Assembly: GCA_951406725.2 (NCBI GenBank)
Contig: OX597817.1
Coordinates: forward strand, 42,222,001 to 42,286,000
Direction: 5' to 3'
Length of the DNA: 64,000 nucleotides
Source: Octopus vulgaris
Lineage: Eukaryota
This document shows positions 1 to 12,392 of this stretch, in pieces. Both the position numbers and the translations under genes were made by a program. Below the pieces are notes generated by a model that was not told the DNA's origin, made no database searches, and was given only the letters and a program-made list of their open reading frames with translations. Every line of letters starts with the position of its first letter. Position 1 is the stretch's first letter.

Positions 1-715
1 AATGAAATTAATTGTGTATAGTGCTCAGGTGCACTGCAACTCATCAAAGGTACATGTACAGTACATAGAATTATGTACAAAAGTCAGGAAAGTGAACAGT
101 GTATGAGTCATGATAGACATGTGTGCATGCATATGGAGTGGGGGGAGATATCAGGTATAGTGTTGGTGAATTTCAAGAAGCATAGAGGTTTTAAAGGATG
201 ATATGTCTCAGCAACTAACAACTGATGCAGGTAGTTTGTTCCATGCTTCAACAACTCTGAGTATGAAAAAATGTTTCTGAAAGTCATGGGAGCTGTGCTG
301 TTTTCTGGCTTTGTAGGCATGCCCACCTAAGTTAGACATATGGAACTCAAAAAGGTGTTCAAGGCGGTTGCTGGCATGATGGTTAATAATTTTGTGCATG
401 CTTATCTAAGTCAGTTGCCAGACATCAGAGTTTCAATGCATCTATTTCCAAGGAAACAAGGTCTTCAGAGTATGGTAGATACCCGATGGAGGGTATTCAC
501 TTGGATGCACATCTCTGAAGTTTCCAGGAGGTCAATGTCCTGAGCAAGATAGAGGTTCCAGACTGGTGATGCAAATTCCAAGTGTGGCCACACCATAGCC
601 ATATACAGCCTTAAATAGATAACTGGAGAGTGACTGACCAAGGGCTTGCCGAGTGATGCTAAGGCACCTTCAGCCTTCTTAACAATTTGTGTGAAATAAT
701 TGCCAAATATCCCTC
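1..715 (-). mobile_element. Decayed CR1-type LINE 3' fragment (RT C-terminus plus 3' UTR)
   Basis: Minus-strand ORFs 465-722 (LYMAMVWPHLEFASPVWNLYLAQDIDLLE) and 208-399 (GGHAYKARKQHSSHDFQKHFFILRVVEAWNKLPASVV) match the CR1 ORF2 C-terminal pattern LYxxLVRPHLEY..VW.P...DI..LE and RGH.YKL...FF..RV...WN.LP..VV. Broken by stops and frameshifts. Confidence 0.85.
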
Positions 716-1499
716 TGATCACTCAATGTCTTAAAATAAGATTGGACAGTCATGGTAGGATAGTCTTTAATCATATGTTTGTCAAGTCAGTGTTGATCTA
801 GTGTTAAACATCAAATCATTACGAAGTCAGTATAACATTCATAACACTTAAGAATTTGCATTTGTTATCAATTCAAAATTAGGGATAATTAAGAAACATG
901 CAAATGCATCGACTAATTTACATATTAAGAAATTAGTAATACATCATCACAGCAGGAAAATTACCAAACAAATAAATAAATAAATAACTAAAACAACCAA
1001 AGAAAGAAAAAAACACTTGAAATAAAATCCCTCTGAATCACATTTCCACAGTTTTAAACTGAAATCTTTGATAGTTTTAAAATTATTTTTCTTGAAATTT
1101 TCATGTTGTATCAGCTTATTAGTGGTTTCTTAACAGTTTTCAAGCTAAAACTAATATGCAAATTTGTTATGTGAACTAGGAAGCATATTCAATAGGGTTA
1201 CCATTCTGACGGAGTGAAATATGTTCTTATAAAGATTTTAAATCTAAGACTGCTCGGAGTTTAATGTCTGTGCTTGGTGTTGTGTTCTTGAAGTATATCC
1301 TCCTGGGTTTCGTTCCATAACAGGTTGAGGCATTGCTGTATGATTGAAAAGTTCAGTTCCCAACTGTGTGGTGTGTGATTCAATCCCACTGCATGGCAGC
1401 ATAAGCAAGTGTTGCCCATTGTAGCCTTAAACAAACCAAAACCTTGTGAAACGGAACTGAAAGAATTCCATTATATGTATATATATGGATGCACAATCA

Positions 1500-1690
1500 T
1501 CATCATCATCATCAACATTATTCAACATATGTCTTCCATGCTGGCGTGGGCTGGACAATTCAACAGGAGCTGGCAAGCCAGAGGGCTGCACCAGGCTCCA
1601 ATTCTGTGGTTTCTACAGCTGGATATCCGTCCTAACACCAACCACTTAACAGAGTGTACTGGGTGTTATTTTACATGGCACTAGCATGGG
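1500..1690 (-). mobile_element. RTE-related short retroposon with (GAT)n tail, 3' part
   Basis: (CAT)n followed by ttccatgctggcgtggg...tttctacagctggat...cctaacaccaaccact, the reverse complement of the family at 4065-4412. Confidence 0.7.
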
Positions 1691-1702
1691 TGTGTATATG
1701 CT

Positions 1703-1746
<44 letters not shown>

Positions 1747-1765
1747 CGTGTGTGTGTGTGTGTGT

Positions 1766-2042
1766 GGAGATGCAATGGCCCAGTGGTTAGGGCAGCAGAC
1801 TCGCAGTCGTAGGATCGCGGTTTCGATTCCTAGACTGGGCGTTGTGAGTGCTTATTGAGCAAAAACACCTATAAGTTCCACGAGGCTCCGGCAGGGGGTG
1901 ATGATCCCTGCTGTACTCTTTCACCACTCTTTCTTCTGTTGGCCTGCTCACTTAGCCAGCGGGGTGGCGTCATTCGAAGGCTAAAACAATGCGAACGCAT
2001 TGTGACCAGCGATGTATAACTACATCTGATGGACTGGTCGGT

Positions 2043-2050
<8 letters not shown>
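1766..2050 (+). mobile_element. tRNA-derived SINE (family C)
   Basis: A box TGGCCCAGTGG and B box GGTTTCGATTCC, then a non-tRNA body shared with 33985-34372 and 43590-43822. Flanked by (TG)n and (TA)n. Confidence 0.8.
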
Positions 2051-2080
<30 letters not shown>

Positions 2081-2196
2081 GGTACTGTAAATTTAGAGTG
2101 AATACTTGATAAGTGTAAGCACCTGTATATGCCAGATAGTGGCAGAGGTGAGAGAGTATATATCAAATATAAATTAAAAACAGAACACAAAGGATA

Positions 2197-2291
2197 TTGC
2201 GGTACACATGTTTCAAGCTTTATAAACAATCTGTTATTACATCAGTGTATTATTGATGTAAAAGATGGTTTAAAGCTCTCTTCAACTGCAA
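2197..2291 (-). ncRNA. Type-I hammerhead ribozyme-like motif with extended stem II
   Basis: Minus strand reads TTGCAG-TTGAAGA-GAGCTTTA...(TTACATCA/TGATGTAA inner stem)...TAAAGCTT-GAAA-CATGTG-TA-CCGCAA. Stem I pairs 5 of 6, stem II has an 8-bp base, core is a C3U variant. Confidence 0.6.
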
Positions 2292-2496
2292 ACATTGTTA
2301 GTCCAAAGATTACATCACAATATAAAAAGTACATGTAGTATTACCCTTTATAATAGGTTTATCATATCTCCTTGAAAAAGTATATTTGTATAATTGTATA
2401 AATGTATAAATGTATAAAGATTCATTGGATTTCAAAAATCTGCCCATACTGTACCACCATTCAGCAATCTATTTAACATTCACTCTATGCTGATTT

Positions 2497-3020
2497 AAAA
2501 AGGGGCTTGCATGATTGTGTATAGAGGGATATATATTATTCAAAAGAATTCCAACTCTGTCTGTTTTTTATATTTTATTTATATTCTTTATAATATTTAT
2601 CTAGAATACAGAATATATAGTATAAATAGTATATATAGTAAAATGAAATGAAGTATTGATTGTCTTATTGAATAGATGAAATATTGAATATCAAATATTT
2701 AGGGACTAGTAAACTTTCTTACATTAAAGCAGTCTTCAAGCTCCCAGGTTGTAAAATATTCCTATCACAACCTGGGACCTTGAAGACTGCTGAAATGCAA
2801 GAAAGTTTACTAGTCCCTTAATATTTGATATTCAATATTTCATCTATTCAATAAAACAATCAATACTTCATTTCATTTTACTATATATATATTATTTATA
2901 CTATATATTCTATATTCTACATTAATATTATAAAGGATATAAAAAAAACATCAAAAACAGAGTTGGAATTCCTTTGAATAATATATATCCCTCTATACAC
3001 AATCATACAAACCCCTTTTT
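2497..3020. mobile_element. Fold-back element with ~255-bp inverted arms and a 14-nt loop; hammerhead-like motif in each arm (putative Penelope pLTR derivative)
   Basis: 2497-2752 is the near-perfect reverse complement of 2767-3020 (aaaaaggggcttgcatgattgtgt / acacaatcatacaaaccccttttt). The right arm at 2774-2817 reads GGGAC-CTTGAAGA-CTGC tgaaat GCAA-GAAA-GTTTAC-TA-GTCCC. Confidence 0.75.
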
Positions 3021-3139
3021 ATTTATATATATATATGTATGTATATATGCATATATATATATATATATGTATGTATGTATATATATATATGTATGTATGT
3101 ATATATGTATATATATGCATATATATGTATATAGTTGTG

Positions 3140-3520
3140 TGGCTGTGTTTGTCCTTTTACCATCACTTGACAACTGATGTTGGTGTGTTTACGTTCCTGT
3201 AACTTAGCGGTTTGGCAAAAGAGATGATAGAATAAGTAGTAGGCTTACAAAGAATATGTCCTGGGGCTGATTTGTTCGGCTAAAGGTGTTGTTCTATCAT
3301 GACTGCAGTCAGATGATTGAAACAAGTAAAAGAATAAAAGAATAGAATAAAAGAATATATATATATTCTGGGCTTCTTTCAGTTTCCATCTACCAAATTC
3401 ACTAACAAGGCATTAGTCAACATGGGGCTACAGTAGAAGAAACTGACCCAAGGTGGAACTGAACCCAAAACTATATTTGTTGGGAAGTGAGCTTCTTAAT
3501 CACCCAGCCATGCCTGTCCC
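3140..3520. mobile_element. Two halves of CORE-like SINE family A (3' half on plus, 5' half on minus)
   Basis: Matches parts of the more intact copy at 57079-57490. Confidence 0.7.
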
Positions 3521-4064
3521 TAAAATACAGCAGCTGGTCATGGCTGGAAAGCCATTTATTCAGATCTGCTCAATCAGGTTAAATATTGGTGCTTAACAAT
3601 TACAACAACTTCCCTGACTTGGGAGGTCTTGCAAATAATGTTCTCTGTAAGCTGTGCACTTGTTTCCATGCGCATGTAATAAAAAATTTGAACAAAGAAA
3701 AGAACGTGCACATGCACAAGTCTTCAAGATAAAACTGAATTTTTTAATTCAAGAAATTAACTCTATAATTTCATTATAAAATTTTAAAACAAGACACACT
3801 TGAAAATGGCGTGCATATGCTTAAGTGATTAAATATGGCATTATGAGTGATGGTTATTGCATGGGTGAGCTCATTCTTTGGCAAAAAGACAAAATTTGCA
3901 CACAAGCAAATTTCTGCACACATCCACAGCAAAAATATTAGAGGGAACACAGTTTGACAAAACATCAGCATTATACTATACCCTTTGCTCTTAATGAAAT
4001 ATATTTCTAGACTCATTTGTCAGGACTGCAAAGACCTGACAAATAAAGTGAGTTTATGGCTTGC

Positions 4065-4412
4065 AGGACGGCCTCCTGTGCTTACCTCGGAGCGTAGAGT
4101 GACCTGCTGTGCTTGAGGAGACCTACTGAGTCAAGTACATCAACATCAAAATAAAAATCAAATGGAAACTGTAGTTGTGATACCCGTGCCAATGGCACGT
4201 AAAAAGCACCAACTGATCATGGCCATTGCCAGCCTTCTCTGGCATGTAAAAAGCACCCACTACACTCATGGAGTGGTTGGCATTAGGAAGGGAATCCAGC
4301 TGTAGAAACACTGCCAGATCAGACTAGAGCCTGGCTTCCCAGATCCTGGTTGAACCGTCCAACCCATGCTAGCATGGAAAGCGGACGTTAAACGATGATG
4401 ATGATGATAATG
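4065..4412 (+). mobile_element. RTE-related short retroposon (family D) ending in (GAT)n
   Basis: gtggttggcattaggaagggaatccagctgtagaaa...ccgtccaacccatgctagcatggaaagcggacgttaaacgatgatgat; recurs more than 10 times in the window. Confidence 0.75.
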
Positions 4413-4490
4413 AAGACTCAACAATAGTATAATGGTTATTTGCTGCTGAATACCATTGACAATATCAGCTATTAATATTTTAATATTTTA

Positions 4491-5182
4491 AGGCAACGAG
4501 CTGGCAGAAACGTTAGCATGCTGGGCAAAATGCTTAGCGGTATTTCGACTGCCTTTATGTTCTGAGTTCAAATTCCACCGAAGTTGACTTTGCCTTTCAT
4601 CCTTTCGGAGTCGATAAATTAAGTACCAGTTGTATACTGGGGTCGATCTAATCGACTGGTCCTTCCCCCAAAATTTCGAGCCTCATGCCTAGAAAAAATA
4701 TTTAAGGTGGCAAGCTGGCAGAAACGTTACCATGCTGGGCAAAATGCTTAGCGATATTTCGTTTATCTTTACATTCTGAGTTCAAATTTTGCCAAGGTCG
4801 ACTTTGCTTTTCATCCTTTTGAGGTCAATAAATTAAGTACCAGTTGCATACTGGGGTTGATCTAATCGACTGATCTCCTCCCCAAAATTTCGAGGCTTGC
4901 ACCTAGAGTAGAAAAAAATATTTTAATACTTTAAGGGAACAAAGTAGATGAATCATTAGCACACTAGACAAAAAGCTTGGCAGCATTTTGTCTGTTTTTA
5001 TGTTCTGGTTCAAAAAGCCACAGGAGTTGACTTTGCCTTTCATCTTTTCATAGTCAATAAAATAAGTACCAGTTGTGTACTGGGGTAAATGTAACTGACT
5101 TAACCTCAACCCCTGAAATTGCCAACCTTGTGCTGAAATTCGAAATCAATATATCAATACTTTAAGGCAGTGAGCTAGCAGA
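4491..5182 (+). mobile_element. Head-to-tail array of three tRNA-derived SINEs (family B, Meta/MESC-like core) plus the start of a fourth
   Basis: Units start near 4491, 4704 and 4934. Each has gagctggcagaa...gttcaaattcc (third copy diverged) and the core gtcgactttgcctttcatcctttcggggtcgataaattaagtaccag. Confidence 0.8.
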
Positions 5183-5402
5183 GTGAAGGCATGGCTTAGT
5201 GGTTGTGGCATTTGGCTTATGATCATAAGGATGTGAGTTCAATTCCCAGTGGCGCACTATGTCCTTGAGCAAGACACTTTATTTCATGTTGTTCCAGTCC
5301 ACTCAGCTGGCAAAAATGAGCAGCCCTTATATTTCAAAGGACCAGCGTGGCCATGGTCAAATGACTGAAATAAATGAGAGAATGACAGATTATATATATA
5401 TA

Positions 5403-5782
5403 CTAGCAGTATCGCCCGGCGTTGCTCAGGTTTGTAAGGGAAATAACTATAAAGCATTTTTAGAGAGTTATAGCCAAAAAATAGCAAAAAAATGGAAAAA
5501 AATGATGGTAAATTTTTTTGAGAGTTAAAAAAGGTGGAGTTGCGTCCCCTAGACGGTCTGTGGTTTGGGTTTCTGATTCTCTACCCCATGTCGAATTTAT
5601 CGATTTTTTTCAGAACTGGGGGAACTTTTCAAAATTTTCGCTGCGTTAGTTTTGAATTATGACATTGGGCTATGTGTGTGTCAAGTTTCATCAGAATCGG
5701 TTGAAAGCCGTGGTCAGAGTGAGGGTACGAGAAAACAGACACACAGAAAACGCACAGACAAACTGCCGTTTATATAGAGAGA
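5403..5782 (-). mobile_element. Non-autonomous Helitron
   Basis: Minus strand begins a|TCtctctatataaa and ends cctgagcaacgccgggcgatactgCTAG|t. It has a 5' TC, subterminal hairpin, 3' CTAG, an A-T target and no TSD. Confidence 0.75.
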
Positions 5783-6613
5783 TATATATATATATATATA
5801 TAGACACACATGTAATATATTTTAGGAATTCATATTTTATTGATTGCTATTATTGCATTTCTAATCAATAAATCAAAATTTATGACTTAAGAAAGCTATG
5901 GGTACATAGCAAAACCTATACCATCCCTGCCTGTCTTTCCCAATCATCAGTTAACTTCATGCTTTTCATCATCTTCCTCCCTCTGCATTCTTTCAGATTA
6001 TTCAACTACTCCCTTTGTAGATAGCTTTCCTATACCTCTGTTACTTGTGGGTGTTGTTTCTGTGTGACTATACTCACTTAGGGGTAGAAGAGTGCAATGG
6101 TGTTAATTTTAGATGTGTGTGTTATGAGCAAATCACTTCATTTTCCATCTTTTAACAATTGGCAGAAGAGTTCCATGGTAGCCATCCAAATATAATTGCT
6201 TTGTGTTATGAATCTATACTAATTAAAATGAGAACAAGCCAGCTAAGTTCCACTTTATCTACTGACATGCAGCCTACATAGTCAGATCAACAGAAAACAT
6301 ATTGAATTTTCAAAAGTATGTTAAAATTATGTTTTTAATATGAAAAGTAAAAAAAAAAATCAATGACAAATCAATATATATTTATGCTATGCAAGTGTAG
6401 TGAGGAGAAGAAATTGTTTGATTTTTACCTAATTAGATGCAGCTATTAATAGATTATTAGTTCCATTAACTTTATGATGGTACCTTTATAATTTCTACTT
6501 GTGATGAGATTTGAGCACAGCAAACAACATTGCAACTCAAGGAAGCATCGATTAGACAGGATTTCCTTTGCTTTGAGTAGTGAGACATGCATCACCCACA
6601 TATTACTTATTTA

Positions 6614-7343
6614 TTTCTTTATTGCCCACGGGGAGGGGCTAAACATAGAGGGGACAAACAAGGACAGAGAAAGGGATTAAGTCGATTACATTGACCACAG
6701 TGTGTAACTGGTACTTATTTAATTGACCCCCGAAAGGATGAAAGATAATGTTGACCTCGGTGGAATTTGAACTCAGAACATAACAGCAGAGAAAATACTG
6801 CTTGGTATTTCACCCATGTGCTAATGATTCTCCCAGCTTACCACCCTTTTTTTTTAAACAATAAATGCGCCCTTTTAAAGCCTAGCCAGGCTCATGGGCC
6901 CGGTTTCCCAGTTTCAATGGTGTGTGTGTTCCCCAGCTGGATGGGACACCAGTCCATTGCAGCGTTACTCATTTTTGCCAGCTGAGTGGACTGGAACAAC
7001 ATGAAATGAAGTGTTTTGCTCAAGAACACAACTCATCACCCAGTCCAGGAACTGAAACCATAATCTTACGATCATGTTGCTGACACCCTAACCACTAAGA
7101 CACATGCCTCCACTGTGCCCTTTTATTGCCTAGCCAGGCTCATGGGCCCGATTTCCTGGTTTCAATGGCGTATGTGCTCCCCAGCTGGATGGGACGCCAT
7201 TGCAGTGTTACTCATTTTTCCCAGCTGAGTGGACTGGAGCAACGTGAAATGCATTCCCTGTCCAGGAATCGAAACCACAATCTTACGATCATGATGCTGA
7301 CACATTAACCACTAAGCCACGTGCCTCCACAGCTTACCACCCT
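6614..7343 (-). mobile_element. Family B SINE with a nested dimer of family C-related SINEs; both TSDs preserved
   Basis: Outer TSD acatattacttattta at 6598-6613 and 7344-7359; inner TSD cagcttaccaccc at 6834-6846 and 7330-7342. Confidence 0.8.
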
Positions 7344-8484
7344 ACATATTACTTATTTAATGTGGTAAATAAGTAATGCAGACATAAAGGTGGACTTGAT
7401 CAGGGATGATAAAGCACTTCGAATTAAAGATACAATTTGCTAAAAACTGTTGTCACAACAGCTGCTGGGGTAGCATCTGACTGGCAATACTAACTCAAAA
7501 ATTTAAGTTCTAAATTGTTTTTTTCACCACAAAATAAATAAAATAAATATAATCACCAAATCAGTCCAGATAAAATCAAATAATCCAATATGTCTTACTA
7601 AATTTTGGTAGTCTTATAAAGTCATTATAACATCATTGAAATCAATGAATTTTTCTTTCGCCACCAATTTCAACTGATGTTATAAAACAGTAGACAGTTT
7701 GACTTATCTCCTACAGCTGTAGGCAAAGCGTAAAATTAATCAGTACTCTTCAGAAAATGGCTTCTAGCCATTACATTTCACTTTATCTTCCTACAGAATG
7801 AATTTCATCATTTTATTTTACAAAATACATTTTTTTTCCTTGTTCTTTGGTTCCTTTATACTTCAAATAGTTTGCTTTTGAATTTTCTATTTCTAAAACA
7901 TAATTCAAACATCGATTAATTTGGCACCAATATTATGAGTGAAAATATTTCTTTGGAAAGATCTTAATAAGCAATTCTTATTCAGAGATCTACTCCAGGT
8001 TTTCACATTTGTGTCTAGAATAAGTAATCAGTTGTATATGTATCTTTTACACAATCATACTACTTTCGATTCTTCAATGAAACTAAGTAAATAGAATTCC
8101 TGCTGCTAATAAGTTCAAGTTTGCCTTATTCACCATAGTATGCTACCAAGAGAGTTGAACTAATGAGATAGCCATGAGCTAAGGGAAGAGAAGGAGCAGC
8201 CAAACTTCTCTGTCTGCAATATTTAAGAAAAGAAAAACACTTTGGATAATGTGGTCCTAAATACATTCAACATCTAAAAAAAGACATTCGAGATGGTCAA
8301 GGCTAGATTGTCTTTGATGATAAGTCTTTTGGATGAGGAATAACCTGAGTATAAACAACAAAAACAACTGGATATGATTCCTAGGTTTCTTTCACATCTT
8401 TCACTCTCAGTAACAGACTTAACAAACAAGTATCAAAGAGGAGGGGTCTCAGACTCAAGAATGTTGCCATTATTTGGCACCAGC

Positions 8485-8695
8485 TAAGATGGTGAGCTGA
8501 CAGAATCATTAGCATGCCAGGCAAAAGGCTGAGTCCTTCTTTATATTCTGAATTCAAATTCCACCAAAACTGACTTTGCCTTTCATCTTTTCAGGGTCGA
8601 TGAAATAAGTACCAGTAATGCACAAGGGGTCCATGTAATCGACTAGCCCATCTACCCCCAAATTTCAGGCCTTGTGCCTATAGCAGAAAGGATTA
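8485..8695 (+). mobile_element. Family B SINE
   Basis: gagctgacagaatcattagcatgcc...gactttgcctttcatcttttcagggtcgatgaaataagtaccag...ccttgtgcctatagcagaaag. Confidence 0.75.
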
Positions 8696-8759
8696 TTTGG
8701 CACCAAGTGCTGATTGTCCTGACAACAGTAAAATAATGGCATTTATGTATTGTCACTGG

Positions 8760-8772
8760 CAGTAGTGGTGCC

Positions 8773-8805
<33 letters not shown>

Positions 8806-8945
8806 GGTGGTGGTGCCATCATTGTCATCATCATCATCATTGTTGCCATCATTGTCATCATCATCATCATTGTTGCCATCATTAGAGTCATCATCATTAT
8901 CCTCATCATCATCATCATTATCCTCATCTTCATCCTCATCATCAA
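8760..8945. repeat. Compound triplet microsatellite (TGT/TGG/TCA)n
   Basis: Direct reading; abuts the (CAT)n tail of a minus-strand family D element at 8945-9400. Confidence 0.9.
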
Positions 8946-10399
8946 TGTTTAATGTCCACCTTCCATGCTGGCATGGGTGGGACGGTTTGATAAGAAGCCT
9001 GCACCAGACTACTGCTTTGGCAGGATTTTTACAGGATTTTTCCATGCTCTTCCCAACACCAACCACTGTATAGTGTGGACTGGGTGCTTTTTAAGTGGCA
9101 CCTACACTGACAAAGTCACCAAGTAACCTGCAAGACAAAATCTTTTTAGAAGGGAGGGGGGCATTGGAGGGGGTGATCTTGTGTTGGATGATGAAATGTT
9201 AGGGAGACAGAGAGGCAGAAACAGGTGTCTTGTTGTAAAGGTGGTACAAGGTTAGCTGGCCAAAGAGAGAAAAATCAGGAATGAAGACTGAAACAGGTGT
9301 GCTGCTGCAAAGGAGATATATGGTTACCCAACCTGAGGGAAGAGCAGAGGGAGAGAGAGAGTGGGAGATAGCAGGAATACTGCTAAGCATTTCGCCTAGC
9401 ATGCTAACGATTCTACCAGCTCACCGCCTTATGCTCTGGCAATGATCATGCCCGGATGGTGCTCTTAGTGCTCCACTAGCACAGATGCCAGTCATCAAAT
9501 TTGATTTCGATTCCAATTTCACTTGCCTCAACAAGTCTTCGCAAGCAGAGTTTAGTGTCCAATGAAGGAAAGGTACACATAAGTGGGCTGGTTACACCCT
9601 TGGCATATGCCACAAGGTTATCATCTCACTTGGCTTGCCAGGTCTTCATTGGTAAATAACTGCACTGTCATGTCTTCACCCACGTATTTTTATTTGAGTG
9701 TGAAGTCAATTTCACCAAAGCAAGATATCTTGTTATGCAACCCCAAGCCTCCTCAAAACAAATTTGAATAGCAATGTTAATAGGTATTTCTGTTTTGACT
9801 TAAAGCTATTCAAAATAATTTGAAATTTATTTCCATCACTAACAACATCTATGAATTAATGAAAAAGAAATTTATATTTTTATTATTGAATAACATGGCC
9901 AATTAACTACAATTTGAATGCTTTTTACAAAATGATTTATTATCACCATTCTCAGAAAGGAATTTTCCAATTCCCTTGTGGTAAAGAGCAAAGTAGTAAG
10001 ATATCTAATTTATTTTTTTCCTGCTTTCTATTCTCTTCCAAACATTATTAAATTCTAATTCAGTTGACATATATGGCTGTCTTCATTCAACTCATTAAAG
10101 ATTTGATTGTGCATGTTTAAATAATAGTAAATTTAGTGAGACTTTGCAAGAATATTTTTTGAACAGTTGATATGAAACAAACGTTCTGACATTAATTCTG
10201 TTATCTGTTCAATGGTTAAAATAAAAGTAATTCAGCTGAGTTTGATAGGAAACACAAGCATGTCAGTCAAACAGCCAAACAATATATATCCTATTCTGTA
10301 TAACAGAATATATCTATGTATTTTGACCAACACAGTTTGTTGTAGACAGATATACATACCTTGTCTATTATATATAGTAATAATGAATTTATTGTATAC

Positions 10400-10775
10400 A
10401 GCTTGCTTACGAATCACATGGTTCCGGATTCAGTCCTACTGTGTGGCACCTTGGGCAAGTGTCTTCTACTATAGCCTCGGGCTGACCAAAGCCTTGTGAG
10501 TGGATTTGGTAGACAGCAACTGAAAGAAGCCCATCGTATATATGTATATGTGTATGTGTGTGTGTTTGTGTGTCTCTGTTTGTTCCCCCAACATCGCTTG
10601 ACAACTGATGCTGGTGTGTTTACATCCCCGTCACTTAGTGGTTTGGCAAAAGAAATCGATAGAATAAGTACTAGGCTTACAGAGAATAAGTCCCGGGGTC
10701 GATTTGCTCGACTAAAGGCGGTGCTCCAGCATGGCCACAGTCAAATAACTGAAACAAGTAAAAGAGTAAAAGAGT
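10400..10775 (+). mobile_element. CORE-like tRNA SINE (family A; resembles octopus OR SINEs), 5'-truncated
   Basis: ggcaccttgggcaagtgtcttct CORE-like motif, internal (TA/TG)n, tail gactgaaacaagtaaaagagtaaaagag. Confidence 0.8.
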
Positions 10776-11035
10776 GCTCAGGTGCACAACAACTCATTAG
10801 AAAGGGTCACCAAAAGTGTATGTACAGTACACAGAATAATGCACAGGAAATGAACGGTGAATGAGTTGTTTAAATATAAAAAAAAAGGTGGTGGGATATC
10901 AGGTGTACCATGGGAAAATTTCAGGAAGCATGGAAGTTTTGAAGGATGTAGTGTTCCAAAAGCTAACAACCGATGCAGGTAGTTTATTCCATGCTTCAGC
11001 AAATCTGAGCATAAAAGTCATGGGTGCAGTGTTGT
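10772..11035 (-). mobile_element. Second CR1 3'-end fragment
   Basis: Similar to 22-300 (gtgctcaggtgcac...gatgcaggtagtttattccatgcttcagcaa). Confidence 0.75.
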
Positions 11036-11419
11036 TTTATGGTATTTTCATGGACAGAAAGATGAGATCAACCAGAATAATTTCAATACTGATTTAGGAC
11101 TTTATAACTGATCACATTCTGTCTAACTTCATAGGGTGATACTTTTAAACTTACCAAAGATTTAAGCATTCTAAATATTCATTGGTGATTATTATTGCAT
11201 CTGTAATTTTCTTTGCAAGATATATATTACTCTTTCTGTGAAAGAGTGAAACTTTGGGGATTTTAAAAAAATTTATGCTCTGCTTAGTACATAGTCAAAG
11301 CATATGATGAAAAAGAACTGTATGAGGGTATGCCCTTGCAGCACTCCAAGGGTTATATAGAACCCAGAATAAATAAAGCATGTGGATCACTTAACTATTT
11401 GGATAAGATATGGAAATCT

Positions 11420-11796
11420 AAGCTTGCTTACCAACCACATGGTTTTAGGTTCATTCCCACTGTGTGGTACCTTGGGCAAGTGTCTTCTACTATAGCCTTG
11501 TGAGCAAAGCCTTGTGAGTGGATTTGTTTGATGGAAACTGAAAGAAGCTTGTCGTATATATGTATATGTATATATATGTGTGTGTGTGTGTCTGTGTGTG
11601 TTTCTGTGTTTGTCCCCCAACATCACTTGACAACCAATGCTGATGTGTTTACATCCCCCGTAACTTAGCGGTTCAGCAAAAGCAACCAATAGAATAAGTA
11701 CTAGGCTTCCAAAAAATAAGTCCTGGGGACAATTTGCTTGACTAAAAGTGGTGCTCCAGCATGGCCACAGTCAAATGACTGAAACAATTAAAAGAG
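11420..11796 (+). mobile_element. Family A SINE
   Basis: Colinear with 57079-57490. Confidence 0.8.
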
Positions 11797-11849
11797 ACTT
11801 CTTTAAAGCTGATGTTGAATCAATTTTAGCTTATAGACACTAATGTTCC

Positions 11850-12210
11850 CTTGAAGAAAACTCTAAATGGTACTTATACAAGAAAGCTCTGTGCTGTTGT
11901 AAATATCTCATGGCATCAACACATGAAGGATTAAAAGTTATACCAAGACATCCCATACATCACAGAGACAATATGAAAATGCAGGTGGAGATTTATTGGT
12001 CACTGTTGGTGTAACAAGGAGCTAGTGGCTGAAATTCTCCTATGGCAACTTTCTTGTGGTAAATGGAGAAGAGGTAGATCAGGACAAAAAAAACAAAAAA
12101 ACTACATCAACCAATTGCTTGAAGACAGTGGATGTACTATCCAAGTGCTTTAAAATGTCATGAAAGACAGAGAAGAATGGAAGACGTGTGTCAGTAATGC
12201 TGAGAAATTC
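11850..12210 (+). mobile_element. Decayed RTE-clade LINE 3' fragment
   Basis: Manual translation LNGTYTRKLCAVVNISWHQH...RWRFIGHCW..KELVAEILLWQ..GKWRRGR...YINQLLEDSG...MKDREEWK matches the RTE C-terminal pattern (LDG.YTR.LR...NISW..H, R.RF.GHC.R, G.R.RGR, M.DR..W). Confidence 0.8.
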
Positions 12211-12392
12211 TCAGTCCGCTAACTATTTGAGACAGGCTGATTTTCATTTATAACACATAATCTACTTAGAAGCCACTTTGATGGGTCATAAACAATGTTG
12301 TGTTTCAATGCCATAATATTCTGCAGAGTATTACACCCATAGATTTTGACTAACAATTTATGTACAAACAGTATTTTGTTTTCTTTAAAGAA

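Noticed and set aside
1766-1842. tRNA gene
   Set aside because: A and B boxes are present, but the sequence runs into a multi-copy SINE body and has no proper acceptor stem.
4016-4044. 10-bp hairpin atttgtcagg/cctgacaaat
   Set aside because: Isolated short inverted repeat with no supporting context; bacterial terminator logic does not apply here.
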